A stretch of DNA of 64,000 nt from an uncultured Planctomycetota bacterium (GCA_963845755.1 CAWJTV010000034.1:480001-544000), one strand, 5' to 3'. Shown: positions 23,613 to 35,732, numbered from the stretch's first letter. A program made the numbers and translations. The notes: generated by a model not told the origin, from the letters alone.

Positions 23613-25178
23613 TCAATTCTTGGATGCGGGGGTTTCCTGGGACTTCGCGGAACCGGTAAGGAACCGACCGGAGACTTTTTGAACGGCCTGCTTGGCGAAT
23701 TCCTGAAGGAAATCGGTGCGGCTGGTGAGATCGAACTGGTGGATCAAGGCCGCCTGGAGGCCGCCGTCGCCCCAGGTCTGACCGTGCCGGAAATACTCGG
23801 TGAACGTCTCGCCGGAGATATGGGTCAAGTAGGCCATTGATACGGCCTGGACGGCGCCTCCCGCCGCGTAGCCCACCAGCGACGACTTGAAGATACCCGC
23901 GATTAGCGACGTGGTCGCCTCGACCAGGCCGAGCTTCAGCAGCATCTGGATCATCTCGGTGCCGATCATCCGGACGTTCGAGGCCGAGATCGTCACACCA
24001 TAAACGTTTGCGAGCTCCGTAATCATCTGGAACTGCACGGCGCCGCTGGCGAGCAGCTCCAGGGCGGGGAACGGGTTGGTGAAGACCGTCGCGGCCGTCA
24101 TCCACTGGAACTTCTCGACCACCGACTCGGCCCGCAGATCCCGCTCCCTCGAGAGCTGATCCTGGGCCTTTTTGCTCAGCAGGTGGGCGCGGAGCAGGAG
24201 ATTGCCGGCGCGGAGAGCGTCTCCCTCGCGCTTGAGGATCCGGGCAATCCGGTCGCGAAGCGATGCGAGTTCAGGCTGCTGGTCTTCGAGGATCGTCTCG
24301 GTCGTGCCATTGGCGCGACGGACGCGGACGGGACTCGGCCGAGGGGACGCAGCACCCGCGACCACGTCATCGGCCGGTACCAGCCCGCGAAGCCGCTCTC
24401 GGAGCTTGGCCAGGATCGCGTCGCGATCCTCATCGGTGAACCGATCCGTCTTGTTGAAGAACACGATCGACCGCTTCCCCTGCCGGACCAGCGCCGAGAG
24501 TGGCTCGAATTCGGTGCGAATCAGATCGTGGTCGACGACGAAGATCAGCAGATCCGCGCGGGCGGCTAGCTCGCGGGCTTCTTGCTCGCGCGTGGCGCCG
24601 CCCGCCCCGATCTCCGAGAGACCGGGCGTGTCGGTGAGGAACACCGTCCCTTCCACGCCACCCAGAGTGTACGTGTGGTGCTCGGCCTGCTGGGTCGTCC
24701 CCATGACGGCCTCGGTCTTGCCGACGTCTCGGCCCAGGAGCGCGTTGATGAGCGAAGTCTTGCCCGCGGAACCTGTTCCGAAAATGACGACGTGGAACTC
24801 GCGATGTTCCCGGCCGGACCGTAGTTCGCCCAATTCGCGGTTCAGCTCCGCCTTGGCCGACTGGTCGCCGACGCGCCGGATCACCCCTTCGGCCTGATCC
24901 GCCTGGAGAGCCGCCGCCTGAATCACATCGGCCGGGACCGGTGTGGCGGCTGGCGATCGGGATCGCGATCGCCAGGCCAGCCGGGCCAGCCAGAGAGAGC
25001 CGATCGCCAACAGGACGATCAGGACGACGAGAAACGCCAGCCCTAATGCCCTGGATTCCTGCGCAAACCGCTGATGGAGCTGGTTCAGGGAGCTCACCAG
25101 CCAGGCCGCCAGTCCCAGCGCCGCAGTGACAAGCAGGAGCGCCACCGTCGCATAAGTGTAGGTCGTACGCCTTGGCAT
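23613..25178 (-). CDS. membrane-anchored GTPase with DUF697/YcjF domain
   Basis: two N-terminal transmembrane segments, GTGSAGKTS, DTPG, NKTD, NPFPALE. Confidence 0.88.
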   Translation of the reverse strand: MPRRTTYTYATVALLLVTAALGLAAWLVSSLNQLHQRFAQESRALGLAFLVVLIVLLAIGSLWLARLAWRSRSRSPAATPVPADVIQAAALQADQAEGVIRRVGDQSAKAELNRELGELRSGREHREFHVVIFGTGSAGKTSLINALLGRDVGKTEAVMGTTQQAEHHTYTLGGVEGTVFLTDTPGLSEIGAGGATREQEARELAARADLLIFVVDHDLIRTEFEPLSALVRQGKRSIVFFNKTDRFTDEDRDAILAKLRERLRGLVPADDVVAGAASPRPSPVRVRRANGTTETILEDQQPELASLRDRIARILKREGDALRAGNLLLRAHLLSKKAQDQLSRERDLRAESVVEKFQWMTAATVFTNPFPALELLASGAVQFQMITELANVYGVTISASNVRMIGTEMIQMLLKLGLVEATTSLIAGIFKSSLVGYAAGGAVQAVSMAYLTHISGETFTEYFRHGQTWGDGGLQAALIHQFDLTSRTDFLQEFAKQAVQKVSGRFLTGSAKSQETPASKN

Positions 25179-25462
25179 GCCTGGAAGCTCGCACAGTTGA
25201 GGTCCGAGATGATCTCGATCCCATCCCCGTGAAGTGGGTTCGTCGGATGCCCCCCGGTATTCACGATCGGCGGCCGGATGTGGCGTCGACCTCGATTGTG
25301 ACAGGATCGAGACGAGTTTGCATCACTTCAACCGGCCGAGTCGCTTCCAGAGGATGCGGATCCGGAGGATACTCCCCGTGCAAACGAAATCTCCACAAGG
25401 TTGTCTGGGCGAGCCAGGACCTTGTGGAGTTCGGAAGGGATCGGACTTCGCGTCGTGAGAGA

Positions 25463-26329
25463 TCAGCGCCGGAACCAGTTCATCCCCAGTCCGCCGAAGA
25501 GGCTGCTGATGAACCCGCGGCGCGGGGCCGGTTGCGTCGAGTTTGTCGAATTGGACGCAGTCGCCGGTGCGGCTGGTTGGATCGGGTCGGAATCGAAGAG
25601 CGTGCCGACATTGGCGGAGCGGGACACATCGATGTCGTCAATGGGCAGCAACGGCCCGTCATTGGCATGGGCCACCGTCTCGTCGTCCACACCCGCTCCG
25701 GAAGAGCGCGCTGCGGAGTCTCGCTCGGGCTGCGCGGCCGGTGGCGACAGTTCCGGCGCGTCGTCCACCATGCTTGGCGCAGTGGGCTGCGTCCGTGGAG
25801 CACGTCGGGACGGAGCCGCCGCCCCCTGATCATTAAACGGTGACGCGTCTCGTGGAGTGGCCGGGCGTGGAGGCGGATTGCCTCCGGGTAAGGGGATGGG
25901 TCCCGGCCCACCGTTATCCATCTCGAAGGGAGAACGTCTGCCCTCTGGCAAGGTAGGAGCAGCTGGCCGGCCACCACCGGGTACCGGGCCGATTTCTTCC
26001 TCACCCAGGCCTGGCCCCCCCTCGCCCAGCTCTGGAGGCTTGCCCAGAGGCTGTTCGCGGAAGGACTTCTCCTTGTCCGGAGCCTCTTGACTGGGAGCTC
26101 CCCATCCCGTGGGGAACTTCCTCCAGTAGGTGGGATGGTAGCCGAAATACTGCTGTTTGTAGAGCTTGTAGACCGGATCCTCGTTCGCGCAGGGTGGCCG
26201 CTCTCGGCGGATCGGCGCCAGCGGGAACATGCCGCTCTGCTGAGCCTGCGCTCGTTCGGAGAGGCTGACCACCAGGGCCAGCACCGTCAATCCGATCGCC
26301 CGAGCTCCACTCGTCCAGTTTGTGCGCAT
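25463..26329 (-). CDS. Pro-rich secreted hypothetical protein
   Basis: signal peptide ending AQA; YFGYHPTYWR motif. Confidence 0.65.
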   Translation of the reverse strand: MRTNWTSGARAIGLTVLALVVSLSERAQAQQSGMFPLAPIRRERPPCANEDPVYKLYKQQYFGYHPTYWRKFPTGWGAPSQEAPDKEKSFREQPLGKPPELGEGGPGLGEEEIGPVPGGGRPAAPTLPEGRRSPFEMDNGGPGPIPLPGGNPPPRPATPRDASPFNDQGAAAPSRRAPRTQPTAPSMVDDAPELSPPAAQPERDSAARSSGAGVDDETVAHANDGPLLPIDDIDVSRSANVGTLFDSDPIQPAAPATASNSTNSTQPAPRRGFISSLFGGLGMNWFRR

Positions 26330-26698
26330 CCTGGCCTCATCCGATCTCGGTTGTCTTGGTTCGCCTCCGAAATCTCCTGGGCGGAGGCCGTCCCATCCGG
26401 ATTTCAAGTCTAACTCGTTCGATCGGGTCCCTTCTTCCTCTCACTCCAGCGAATTTGGAGAAAACAGCGATTATCCGGACTTTGCGCAAATAACGAATTC
26501 CGGGTATTCACAGGTTGCAACGCTTTTGAGTGTTCTCGCAGGACGCCCCTCGTCGAAACCATGCAGTGGGCCGCGGGGAGCCCCGGAAGGGAGCCGTTTC
26601 GGACACGGTCTCATTGTCTTGCATAGGAATTCGGACTTGTGGCATCGATCGCAAAGCCGGTCCGCATTCTTGGGATTTCACGAAGGAGGGATTCGCCG

Positions 26699-27325
26699 AT
26701 GAACGATTCACGATGGAGAATCGCCTGCGCCGGGCTGCTGTACGCCGCAGGATGGCTCAGCGGTGGGAAGGCGGAGGCCCAGAGTCTGGGCACCCCTTCC
26801 CCGAATACAGGTCCGTCGATGGGGACTCCGAGTTTGGGGACCGCGACCATGCCCTTTCCCCTGGCGATGCCGATGATCGCCCCATCGAACCTGAACGCAG
26901 CCGCCAGTTCGGGGACGGACGTGGGAGGAAACCCCGTGCAGGGCAATATCTTCGCCAACCCCTACATGGTGCCATTCTTCTACGGAAGTATGATGCCGGG
27001 CGGCTTCGGCACCGGCACGTCCGCATCGGCCTCGACCTCGAGTGCAACATCGGCCTCGACCGCGGCGGCCGGGATGGGGATGGGAATGAACCAAATGGGA
27101 CTGCTGATGATGGCGACGCAAAACCCGAACGGAGTCGGCTCGGGCCGGATGAGCGGCGTACGGGGCGGGACTCCGTCGCGAACCGGTTCGAGCACGCAGG
27201 CCCAGCCACGTCGAAACGGGTCCAATCAACCCGGTGGTTTGGCCGCCCGTTACTTCAATCGGGCCGCGCCCTGCGCGAGCATCCCTCGGAACTACTACAA
27301 TCGGCAAACTCGCTATTTCCCGTAA
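26699..27325 (+). CDS. low-complexity secreted hypothetical protein
   Basis: AAGGAGG ribosome-binding site; signal peptide. Confidence 0.6.
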   Translation: MNDSRWRIACAGLLYAAGWLSGGKAEAQSLGTPSPNTGPSMGTPSLGTATMPFPLAMPMIAPSNLNAAASSGTDVGGNPVQGNIFANPYMVPFFYGSMMPGGFGTGTSASASTSSATSASTAAAGMGMGMNQMGLLMMATQNPNGVGSGRMSGVRGGTPSRTGSSTQAQPRRNGSNQPGGLAARYFNRAAPCASIPRNYYNRQTRYFP

Positions 27326-27563
27326 ATCCCTAACTGAGGTGCGACTTACCCTGTTTCGATTTGAGCGAACAAGCGATTGTGCCGATTCTATCTCTTGTCA
27401 AGAGGGATTCGCCAGGAAATGGGCCGGGTCCCGACAATTGGAGTCTAAGCGACCGGGAACAGGGCGCGTTCCATGGCGAACTGGACTGTCCGTGATCGTC
27501 CCCGGGGGTTGGTTTCGGTCCGTCCCCGGGCGCCTGTTCGGCCGATGTCGGAGTGCCGGGAGG

Positions 27564-28507
27564 ATGACTCAGATGAATGGCAGAAGGACGAACTACCGAC
27601 GGGCCGGCTGGCTGACGATGCTTCTCCTCTGCGCCGCTTGCGGATGCCAGACGGTTCGGACGCCGGAAAATAAAATCGCCAACAGCAATATTCCGCGCGA
27701 GTTTACCAAGGTCAGCATGCCCGATTACATCGTGGAGCCGCCGGACCTGGTGCTCGTGGAGGTTCTTGAAGCCGCGCCCGGTCGCCCGATCTCCGGGGAG
27801 CGGCTGGTGCGACCCGACGGTAAGATCTCGCTGGGTTTCTACGGAGAGGTCTATGTCGCGGGTCTCACCATCCCGGAGGTCAAAGAGAAGGTTGTCCTTC
27901 ACCTGAGGAAGTACCTCAGCGATCAGACTCTCGGATTGGTCGAGATCGATCCATACACCAGCGAACCGACGGTCGATCCCAAGACCAACAAGCCCAAGCC
28001 GGTCGATCCCCGTGATACCGACCGGGTCTTTGTTGACGTCACGGCCTATAACAGCAAGAATTACTACGTTCTGGGCGACGTCCTCGTGCCGGGTAAGATG
28101 CCGATCACCGGCAACGAAACCGTGCTCGACGCGCTCCAGTATGCCCAGGGCCTGCTGCCGACGGCTGCGCCCAGAACATCCGCCTGGTGCGCCCGGCACC
28201 TCCCGGGGCTTGCTGCGAGCAGGTCTTGCCGGTCAACCTGGCCGCAATCACCAGCGGCGGCGACCCTTCGACCAACTATCAAGTGATGCCGGGAGACCGG
28301 ATCATCGTCTATCGCGACCCAATCGTCCGGTTCACCGTGTTGCTGGACCGTTTAATTGCACCGTACCAGGCCGTGATCGGGTCGGGTCTGCAGACCACGT
28401 TCTTCATTCGTTACTTGCAGTTCCTCAAGGCGCCCGTCGGGGGCGCGGCAGGTGCAGCAAGCACGAGAATTCCTCCGCAGCTCCCCCTGGAGCCAGGAGC
28501 GAGATAG
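27564..28507 (+). CDS. polysaccharide biosynthesis/export (Wza/SLBB) family lipoprotein, frameshift near 28170
   Basis: YIVEPPD, VRPDGKISLGFYG, GNETVLDAL, NYQVMPGDRI. Confidence 0.85.
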
Positions 28508-28760
28508 CCTGACCTGAGCAGTTCGACCTCCGTCGTCTCGCTTCCGCGAGTCGCCGGTTCGGGAACTGGGATTCGTCTGGCCGGCCTTTCCCCGGGGTAG
28601 GGAGGGGCCGGCCCGGTCTCGTTTCCTGACCGCGTCTTCGACACGCGGACCTCCGATCGGTCCCTTTCGAGAGGATCTGACGGAGACTCGGGTAGGATCC
28701 TGGTGGACGTCCGCGGCGATTTGTGGTTAGCTCCACGGTTGAAACGGAAAGGAAACGCCC

Positions 28761-29486
28761 GTGGCACGGATCCTGCCTTCCCTCCGGACCGAGGCGGATG
28801 AGTCCCGCGTCCCCGCAAGACCTCGCAAGCACCCCGCCAAAGCGGCGGCGGTCTTGCTTGTCCTCGTCGCACTCGGTCTCTGTTGCGTGTTCCGGCGGCC
28901 CTGGTTCCAGGGGAATCTGGGCGTCGTCGATGCCGGTCGGGCCTTCCGATCAGCCCAGCCTACAACTCAGCTCACCGAGTGGATCCGTGACTACCATCTC
29001 CGATCCATCCTGAACCTGCGCGGTGGAAGCTTCGCGGACTGGTGGTACGAGGCGGAAGTCCAAACGGCTCGGGATCAGGGCGTGTCGTTCTACGACCTTC
29101 AGCTCAGCGCCACGCGGCGACCGACCCGGCGCGAACTGCTCCGACTCATCGATACCTTGAAGTCCTGCCCGTATCCCCTCCTAATCCACTGTAAGTCCGG
29201 TGCCGATCGGACCGGACTTGCTTCGGCCGTCTATCTGCTGGTGAATCGCGGCGAATCTCCTGAAGGCGCCGAGCATGCGTTCTCCATCGAATTCGGTCAT
29301 ATCCCCCTCGGTGGCCCCGAACACCTACATGAGCCGCTCGATGAATACGCCGCGTGGCTGACCGGCCGGGGACTCTCGCACACGCCGGAAAGGTTCCGCG
29401 ACTGGGTCAAGAACGACTATGAGCCCGGCGGAGATCGAGCCGACCCACCTCCCCTGGAGCCCGGCCCGCGCGTCCGACGCCCCTGA
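28761..29486 (+). CDS. protein-tyrosine/dual-specificity phosphatase-like protein
   Basis: FRSAQP, ILNLRG, IHCKSGADRTG (HCx5R). Confidence 0.88.
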   Translation: MARILPSLRTEADESRVPARPRKHPAKAAAVLLVLVALGLCCVFRRPWFQGNLGVVDAGRAFRSAQPTTQLTEWIRDYHLRSILNLRGGSFADWWYEAEVQTARDQGVSFYDLQLSATRRPTRRELLRLIDTLKSCPYPLLIHCKSGADRTGLASAVYLLVNRGESPEGAEHAFSIEFGHIPLGGPEHLHEPLDEYAAWLTGRGLSHTPERFRDWVKNDYEPGGDRADPPPLEPGPRVRRP

Positions 29487-29576
29487 TACAACTGTCCTCT
29501 GAAACGTGGGAGATCCCCGGACACGAAGAGTCGCGGCCCTGGGCGCGGTGTTGGGGAACACGCTTGCATCCACCGC

Positions 29577-32001
29577 TCATCGATAGAGCAAATATCGCTC
29601 ACGGATGGTACGGAACTCCGTGAGATCCTTGTCCCACCGCCTCAGAATCTCCTCAACCGGCTTGCCATCGAGGATATCCTGGTAGGCGGCCCGATTGGCC
29701 ATCAGGCGGAGCATCCCTTCCGGCTTCCACTGATCCGGATAAAGCGTCCGAAGCTGGACGGCCAGCGTGATCCCCAGCCGGATGGGATCGAACCCTGACC
29801 AGTTGTCGATGATGATATGCACGCCCCCGCATCGGACGCCGGCGAACTGCCGCTGGGTCGGGGTGAAGACGCTGGGGACGAATCGAGCCCCCTCGACCTT
29901 CGCATCATTGAGGGCCGCGGCGAACGGCTCCGGGTCAATCCAGGGGTGCGCCACGCGCTCGAACGGCGTGTCGGTGCCTCGGCCCGTGGCCAGGTTGGTC
30001 GCCTCCAGCATGCCGACGCCCGGGTAGAGGATCGCCTCGGTCAGGCTCCGCATGTTGGGAGACGGATTGATCCAGACCAGCCCCGTGCGGTAGAAAAGGT
30101 CGCCCCGCGACCAGCCGCGGCAGGCGATCACCTCGAGCGAGGCGCCGATCTTTCGTTCGGCGTTATAGAGCCGTGCCAGCTCGCCGACAGTCATCCCATG
30201 ACGGACAGGCAGGGCATGATACGCGATGAACGAGGCGAACTCGTCGTCGCGGAGCGGGCCCGAGACCTCAAGGCCCCCGATCGGGTTAGGGCGGTCGAGG
30301 ACCAAGACGGTTTTGCCCGCATCCTTGGCGGCCTCCAGTACCAGGCCGAGCGTGGTGATGTAGGTGTAGAACCGGGCTCCGATGTCCTGAATGTCGTAGA
30401 CCAGGACATCGATCCCCTCGAGTTCCCTGGGCATCGGCTTGCGGTTTCGTCCGTAGAGGCTGACGATCGGCAGGCCGGTCGCCTCATCCGTGCTATCCGG
30501 GACGGCGGCGTCGACCTCGCCGCGGATGCCGTGCTCGGGACTGAACAGCTTGGCGAGCTTGACCCCCGGAGCCCGGAACAGGACGTCGATGGTCGAGGCT
30601 CCGCCGCGCGTCCGTCCCGTGTGATTGGTCACCAGACCGATTCTTCGGTTGCGCAGTGGCCGGAAGCCGTCTTCGACCAGGACGTCGATCCCGCAGTGGA
30701 CCGGATCGGCCGCGACCGAGCCGGTTCCAGCTCGGGCGCAGAGCGGATCGGCCGCGACGGTGGCGGAGCCGGATTAGACAACGGGACCGGCCGGGATGAG
30801 GCATCGGCGACCGCGGCGGCCGCGAGAGTGGCGACCTCGAAGCGGAGCGACGTTGGCGAAGCTCCTCGACCATCGGGATGCAGACGACTGGTCAGGATGA
30901 CGACGAAGGTCTCCGTCTCCGGATCGATCCAGAGGCTCGTGCCGGTGAAGCCGGTGTGTCCGAACCCGGTGGGACCGAACAGCCCTCCGCGCGGGCGCTC
31001 TGACTCGTCTCGACGTCCCAGCCCAACCCCCGGCGCTGGTTCGGCGGCGTGTCGGCCGCGTCGATCATGGTCTTGACCGCGAGCGGCGAGAGGACGCGCC
31101 GGCCGTTGGGGCCGAGACCGCCGTTGAGGAGGGTCTGAGCGAAGATGGCGAGGTCGTCGGCCGTGGCGAACAGACCCGCATGTCCGGCAACACCGCCCAG
31201 GGCTCGCGACCGGGGATCGTGGACGACTCCGCGGAGCATCCGGCCTCCGCGCGATTCGGGCTCCGTCGGCGCGACCCGCACGACGGCGGCTCTGTCGTTC
31301 GTCGCCTCGGCCTGATCCAGCGGGCGGAAGTGGGTGTCCTTCATCCCCAGTACGTCGAAGATGCGCCTCGTGGCGAACCGGTCGAGTCGTTCTCCGCTGA
31401 TGCGTTCCACCAGGCGTCCCAGGATCAGGAACCCCACGTCGGAATAGCGGAACCGCTCGCCGGGCGGCCCGACGAGGTCGAGGTCGGCGAGCCGCTTCCA
31501 GGCGGTCTCGGGCCCCTGCTGGTAATCCGCGATCGGATCATCGGGGATCAATCCCGCGCGGTGACGGAGGAGCTGATCGATCGTGATGGCACCCTTGCCG
31601 TGATTGTCGAACTCGGGGAGCACGCGGCCGAGCCGATCGGTCAGTCGCAGCTTCCCCTCCTCGATCAGGATCATAACTGACGTCGCCGTGGCGACCGGCT
31701 TGGTGAGGGAAGCCATGTCGAAGACGGTGTCGCGCGTCATCGCCTCGGGCGCGGGGCCGGCGACGCGTCGGCCCGCCGCGCGCGCATAAGTGATGAACCC
31801 GCGACGGCCGACCAGCACCACGGCGCCGGGGACCTGGCCGCGTCCGATCGCCCGGTCGATCGCGCCGTCGATCCGTTTCAGCCGTTCGGCGTCGAAGCCG
31901 ATCGTCGACGGATCGGCCGCCGGCAACTCCGCGCGAGCCCTCTCTGCCATCGCCAAGGCGACCAGAACCATGATCCAGAGGAATCCCATCGAACGTATCA
32001 C
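29577..32001 (-). CDS. serine hydrolase (beta-lactamase family) fused to DUF1343 / NamZ exo-beta-N-acetylmuramidase, frameshifted
   Basis: ASLTKP, YSD, GHTGFTG in the N-terminal half; [34 protein letters not shown] in the C-terminal half. Confidence 0.85.
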
Positions 32002-32092
32002 AGTCTCCCCTCCGCCAAAGCATGGAGTCCCGGCCAAACTGAAGGTCTCCTATCGGGAGGATGGTTATGCGGTCATCGCCCGGACGCATACC

Positions 32093-33271
32093 TCATGTCG
32101 ACGAATCCGGCGCCTGAACCGGTTGTTGCTCCTTGATCCATCGCAAGGCGATCTCGGTAGCAAGTTGCGCCGTGTGATGCAGCGCGGAGGAATCGACCCG
32201 ATCCTCGCTTCGGACCCATTTCAAATAATCGTCGCCGATGAATGCAACAAAGTCTTGATGGCAGCGGTCAGACGGCCAGAGCTCGGCTCGCCGGAAGGAT
32301 CGGGTCGCAAGGTGATTCGTGAGCCAGAGGCTCTCCGACGCTGCCTGGACCAGGTCACGAAGGTTCCGACTCGCGATCGTGAGTTTCTTGCCAATCCCCG
32401 GAGCGAACCAGTTGAGCAGCAACGTCGGGATTCGAGGAGATTCCGACAGGACCCACCGAAACATGGCGCGGGAGCCGGCGAAATCGAGGACCTGTCCTCC
32501 GGCTCCCGCAAAGATGATCTCGACGCGATGCGTTCTCGGAGACGACCACGTGCGTGCCAGCTCCATCAGGACTGCGACTCCGGTCCTGTCCGCCGGCTTA
32601 GTCACTGGTCTCGACCGATTGGATCGCCACGCCGAGATCACCCGGCCGGCCACATAGATCCAGAGAAGTCCGATCAAACTCAATCCCCATAAGCGCGAAT
32701 GAGACAAAGATCCAGGAGTATGATGAGAATCCAAGGTCAAGGAGAAGGCATCGTATACCAGGAAGATGCAAAGGATCTCGCCCCAGGCGGATGAAAGCCA
32801 GGAAGACGATTCGTGTGAGTCCGCAGAGATCCGGCCGATCGGCGTCTGGAAGACGACTCGACAGCAAGGCGAGGAGTCGGGTCCCTTCCGTGCGACGATC
32901 AGCGGTGCCGTGCTCTTAGGGGGCAAGTCCCAACCGAAACGGAAGCCGAGGCGGAGCGCCAGGATCAACCAGAGAATGGCCAGAATCAGGAGCGGCCAGC
33001 CGAAGACGTGAGTCGGCCACTCGCTCCTGAAGGTCCAGACGACTGCCATCGCCGCGGTCATGGCGAAGCCGAATCCCAGCCAGCTCACCCAGGAGACAGC
33101 CCATGCCGGAAAGCCGGATCCGACCACCGCCCGGTTCTCGACTTGAAAACCCATGCTCGCGAACTGCTCCGCGACGAGATCGGCGACCCGTGCCTCGCCG
33201 TCCGGCCCTGCGAACCGCGGATCACCCAGTTTCTGGAACATTTCCAGGGCCTTCGCGGCGTCGAACCTCAT
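32093..33271 (-). CDS. membrane protein, possibly a degenerate M28-peptidase-like protein
   Basis: PRFAGPDGEARVAD N-terminus, four transmembrane segments, TGVAVLMELAR. Confidence 0.55.
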   Translation of the reverse strand: MRFDAAKALEMFQKLGDPRFAGPDGEARVADLVAEQFASMGFQVENRAVVGSGFPAWAVSWVSWLGFGFAMTAAMAVVWTFRSEWPTHVFGWPLLILAILWLILALRLGFRFGWDLPPKSTAPLIVARKGPDSSPCCRVVFQTPIGRISADSHESSSWLSSAWGEILCIFLVYDAFSLTLDSHHTPGSLSHSRLWGLSLIGLLWIYVAGRVISAWRSNRSRPVTKPADRTGVAVLMELARTWSSPRTHRVEIIFAGAGGQVLDFAGSRAMFRWVLSESPRIPTLLLNWFAPGIGKKLTIASRNLRDLVQAASESLWLTNHLATRSFRRAELWPSDRCHQDFVAFIGDDYLKWVRSEDRVDSSALHHTAQLATEIALRWIKEQQPVQAPDSST

Positions 33272-33373
33272 GGACCTCGGCTTTCCACCCCAACTCCGGA
33301 TCTTCGACGATGTGAATCGGCCCAGGCGGAGAGACGGAGGTCTCCCGGCGCCTGGGCATCGCGAACGTACCAA

Positions 33374-34684
33374 TCAGGCGAACTCGGTGTACCCCGGCAC
33401 GGGGACACCGCGGGTCTTCAAGGGACCGTACTCATAGCTCGGCGGGCTCAGGTCTTCCTTGGAGTTGAGGATCATCTCCGGCGTGACGACCTTGCCCGTG
33501 TACGCGGCGGTGCGGGCCATCAGGGCGAGCAGGGTGCTCTGCGCCGCATGCTCGCCATTGTTGGCCGGCTTGCCGGCGCGGATTGCGGCGAACATCTCGT
33601 CGTGTTCGACTTGATACATGTTGGACTTGGGGCCGCGATAGCGCCACGACTTCTCGGCCCTGATGATGTTGCCGAAGACATCGGCCGTGCCCGTGCTGCC
33701 GAGGATGTAGTCCTTGACCCGATTGGGCGTGTTGACCCAGTGGCGGCACTGGTGGTAGCCGCGGACGTTGTCGGGGTACTCGAAGACGACCGAGAAATGG
33801 TCCCAGATGTTACCGTACTTCGCGTCGGTGCGCGATTGCCGACCGCCCACGCCCCAGCAACGGAGAGGCGGCTTGTCGCCCATGACCCAGCCCATGGTGT
33901 CGAGGCCGTGGATCGCCTGCTCGACGATATGATCACCGGAAAGCCAGCAATAGTAATACCAGTTCCTCATCTGATATTCCATGTCGGACGAGCATTCCTC
34001 GCGCTTCTTCCGCGGTTCCCACACACCCGAGGAGTCGTAGGTCGTCTCGATGGCGACGACCTTGCCGATCTGGCCGTCGAAGACGCGCTTCATGGTCTCG
34101 CGGCGAGGCCCGTCGTAGCGCCAGCAGAATCCGTTGACCAGCGAAAGGTTCTTCTCCTTGGCGACCTTGCACGCCGCGAGGTACTTGCGCAGGCCCGGCC
34201 CATCGACAGCCATCGGCTTCTCGACGAAGGCATTGACGCCCTTCTCCACGGCGTAGGCCAGGTGGATGGGCCGGAAGTGCGGGGGCGTGGTCAGGAGGAC
34301 CATGTCGACCTGGTCGATGACGTGCTTGTAAGCGTCGAAGCCGGTGTATTGCCGGTCCTTGGGGACCTCGACGCGTGAGCCCACGCCGGAGCCCTTGAGG
34401 CCCGAAAGGCTGTCCTCGAGCCGGTCCGGGAAGGCATCGGCCATGGCGACGAGCTTGGTGTTGGAGTCGGCGGTGAGGGCCTGCTCCGCCGCGCCGCTGC
34501 CCCGGCCGCCACAGCCGACCAGTCCGAGCTTGATCGTGCTGCTGCCGTCCGCGTGGACCATCGGCACGTAAAATCCGGTCGAGACGGTCGCGGCCGCGGC
34601 GGTGGTGCCTTTCAGGAAATCCCTGCGGGATGATGAGGAAGGAGCCGATTCGGCGGGGTTCGTCGCTTGGGGTCGGTCGGTCAC
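33374..34684 (-). CDS. Tat-exported Gfo/Idh/MocA oxidoreductase
   Basis: SRRDFLK, GLVGCGGRG, FVEKP, SGDHIVEQAIH. Confidence 0.92.
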   Translation of the reverse strand: MTDRPQATNPAESAPSSSSRRDFLKGTTAAAATVSTGFYVPMVHADGSSTIKLGLVGCGGRGSGAAEQALTADSNTKLVAMADAFPDRLEDSLSGLKGSGVGSRVEVPKDRQYTGFDAYKHVIDQVDMVLLTTPPHFRPIHLAYAVEKGVNAFVEKPMAVDGPGLRKYLAACKVAKEKNLSLVNGFCWRYDGPRRETMKRVFDGQIGKVVAIETTYDSSGVWEPRKKREECSSDMEYQMRNWYYYCWLSGDHIVEQAIHGLDTMGWVMGDKPPLRCWGVGGRQSRTDAKYGNIWDHFSVVFEYPDNVRGYHQCRHWVNTPNRVKDYILGSTGTADVFGNIIRAEKSWRYRGPKSNMYQVEHDEMFAAIRAGKPANNGEHAAQSTLLALMARTAAYTGKVVTPEMILNSKEDLSPPSYEYGPLKTRGVPVPGYTEFA

Positions 34685-34998
34685 GGGAAGGTCTCCAGGT
34701 GAGCGAGAAGGCAGGGTGAATGGTCCCCGTGGGCCGCGATCTCCTCGACCCACACCAAGTCGTTTCATGGTAACGCCTTTCCGGGCAGGATGCTATGCGA
34801 CTCGGAGGTTTCGCCCAGGTCAGTCCGGGGATCGGATCGCCACGATAGACGTAGTGAGGGCGATCCTGAACGTCGAGCCAGACGAGGGTCGCCGACCGTT
34901 CCGGCGCGTGGTAGGATGAATTGCCCCACAGGGATCTTCCGCGGAGCGACATGGGTGCGCGAACTTCTCGCAACGGAGTCACCACGTTGAACCGACGA

Positions 34999-35732
34999 AT
35001 GACGATCGAGATCTGCGTGGGCGACGTCGAGTCGGCCATCGCAGCAGAGGTTGGGGGTGCGGATCGGGTCGAGCTGTGCGACAACCTGTCCGTCGGCGGG
35101 ACGACACCCAGCGCCGGCACGATCGCCGAGACTTGCCGGTGGCTGAGCATCCCCGTTCACGTCCTGATCCGACCGCGGGCGGGCGACTTCGTCTATTCGG
35201 AGCGCGAGCTGGCCGTCATGCGGCACGACATCGAGGCCGCCAAGGCGCTCGGGGCCGCCGGAGTCGTCCTGGGCGTGCTGACGGGCGAGTTCGGCATCGA
35301 CCGCGACCAGACCTCGGCGCTCATCGCCCTGGCGCGGCCCTTGAGCGTCACCTTTCACCGGGCGATCGACCAGGCCGCCGAAGCGCTCGAAGCGCTCGAG
35401 GCCTTGATGATCCTCGGCGCCGACCGCGTGCTGACGTCGGGCGGCCGGCCGACCGCCCTCGAGGGCATGGAGGCCTTGAAAACGCTCGTCGATCGGGCCG
35501 CGGAACGGATCGCGATCATGGCCGGCGGCCGACTCGATCTCGACAACCTCGAGACCATCATCCGAGGCAGCCGGGTCGCCGAGGTCCATCTCGGTTCGGC
35601 CGTGAGCCGAACGGTACCCGGCCCCGAGCCCGCCCGGCGCGCGACGGATCCGAGACGTCGTGGAATCGCGTCGACGCCCAGAGAGTCGCGGCGGTGGTGG
35701 CGCTGGTCCAGGGCCTCGGTGATGGTCGATGA
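34999..35732 (+). CDS. cutC: CutC family protein, frameshift near the C-terminus
   Basis: IEIC, GADRVELC, GGTTPS, VLIRPRAGDFVY, TFHRAID, RVLTSGG. Confidence 0.92.
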
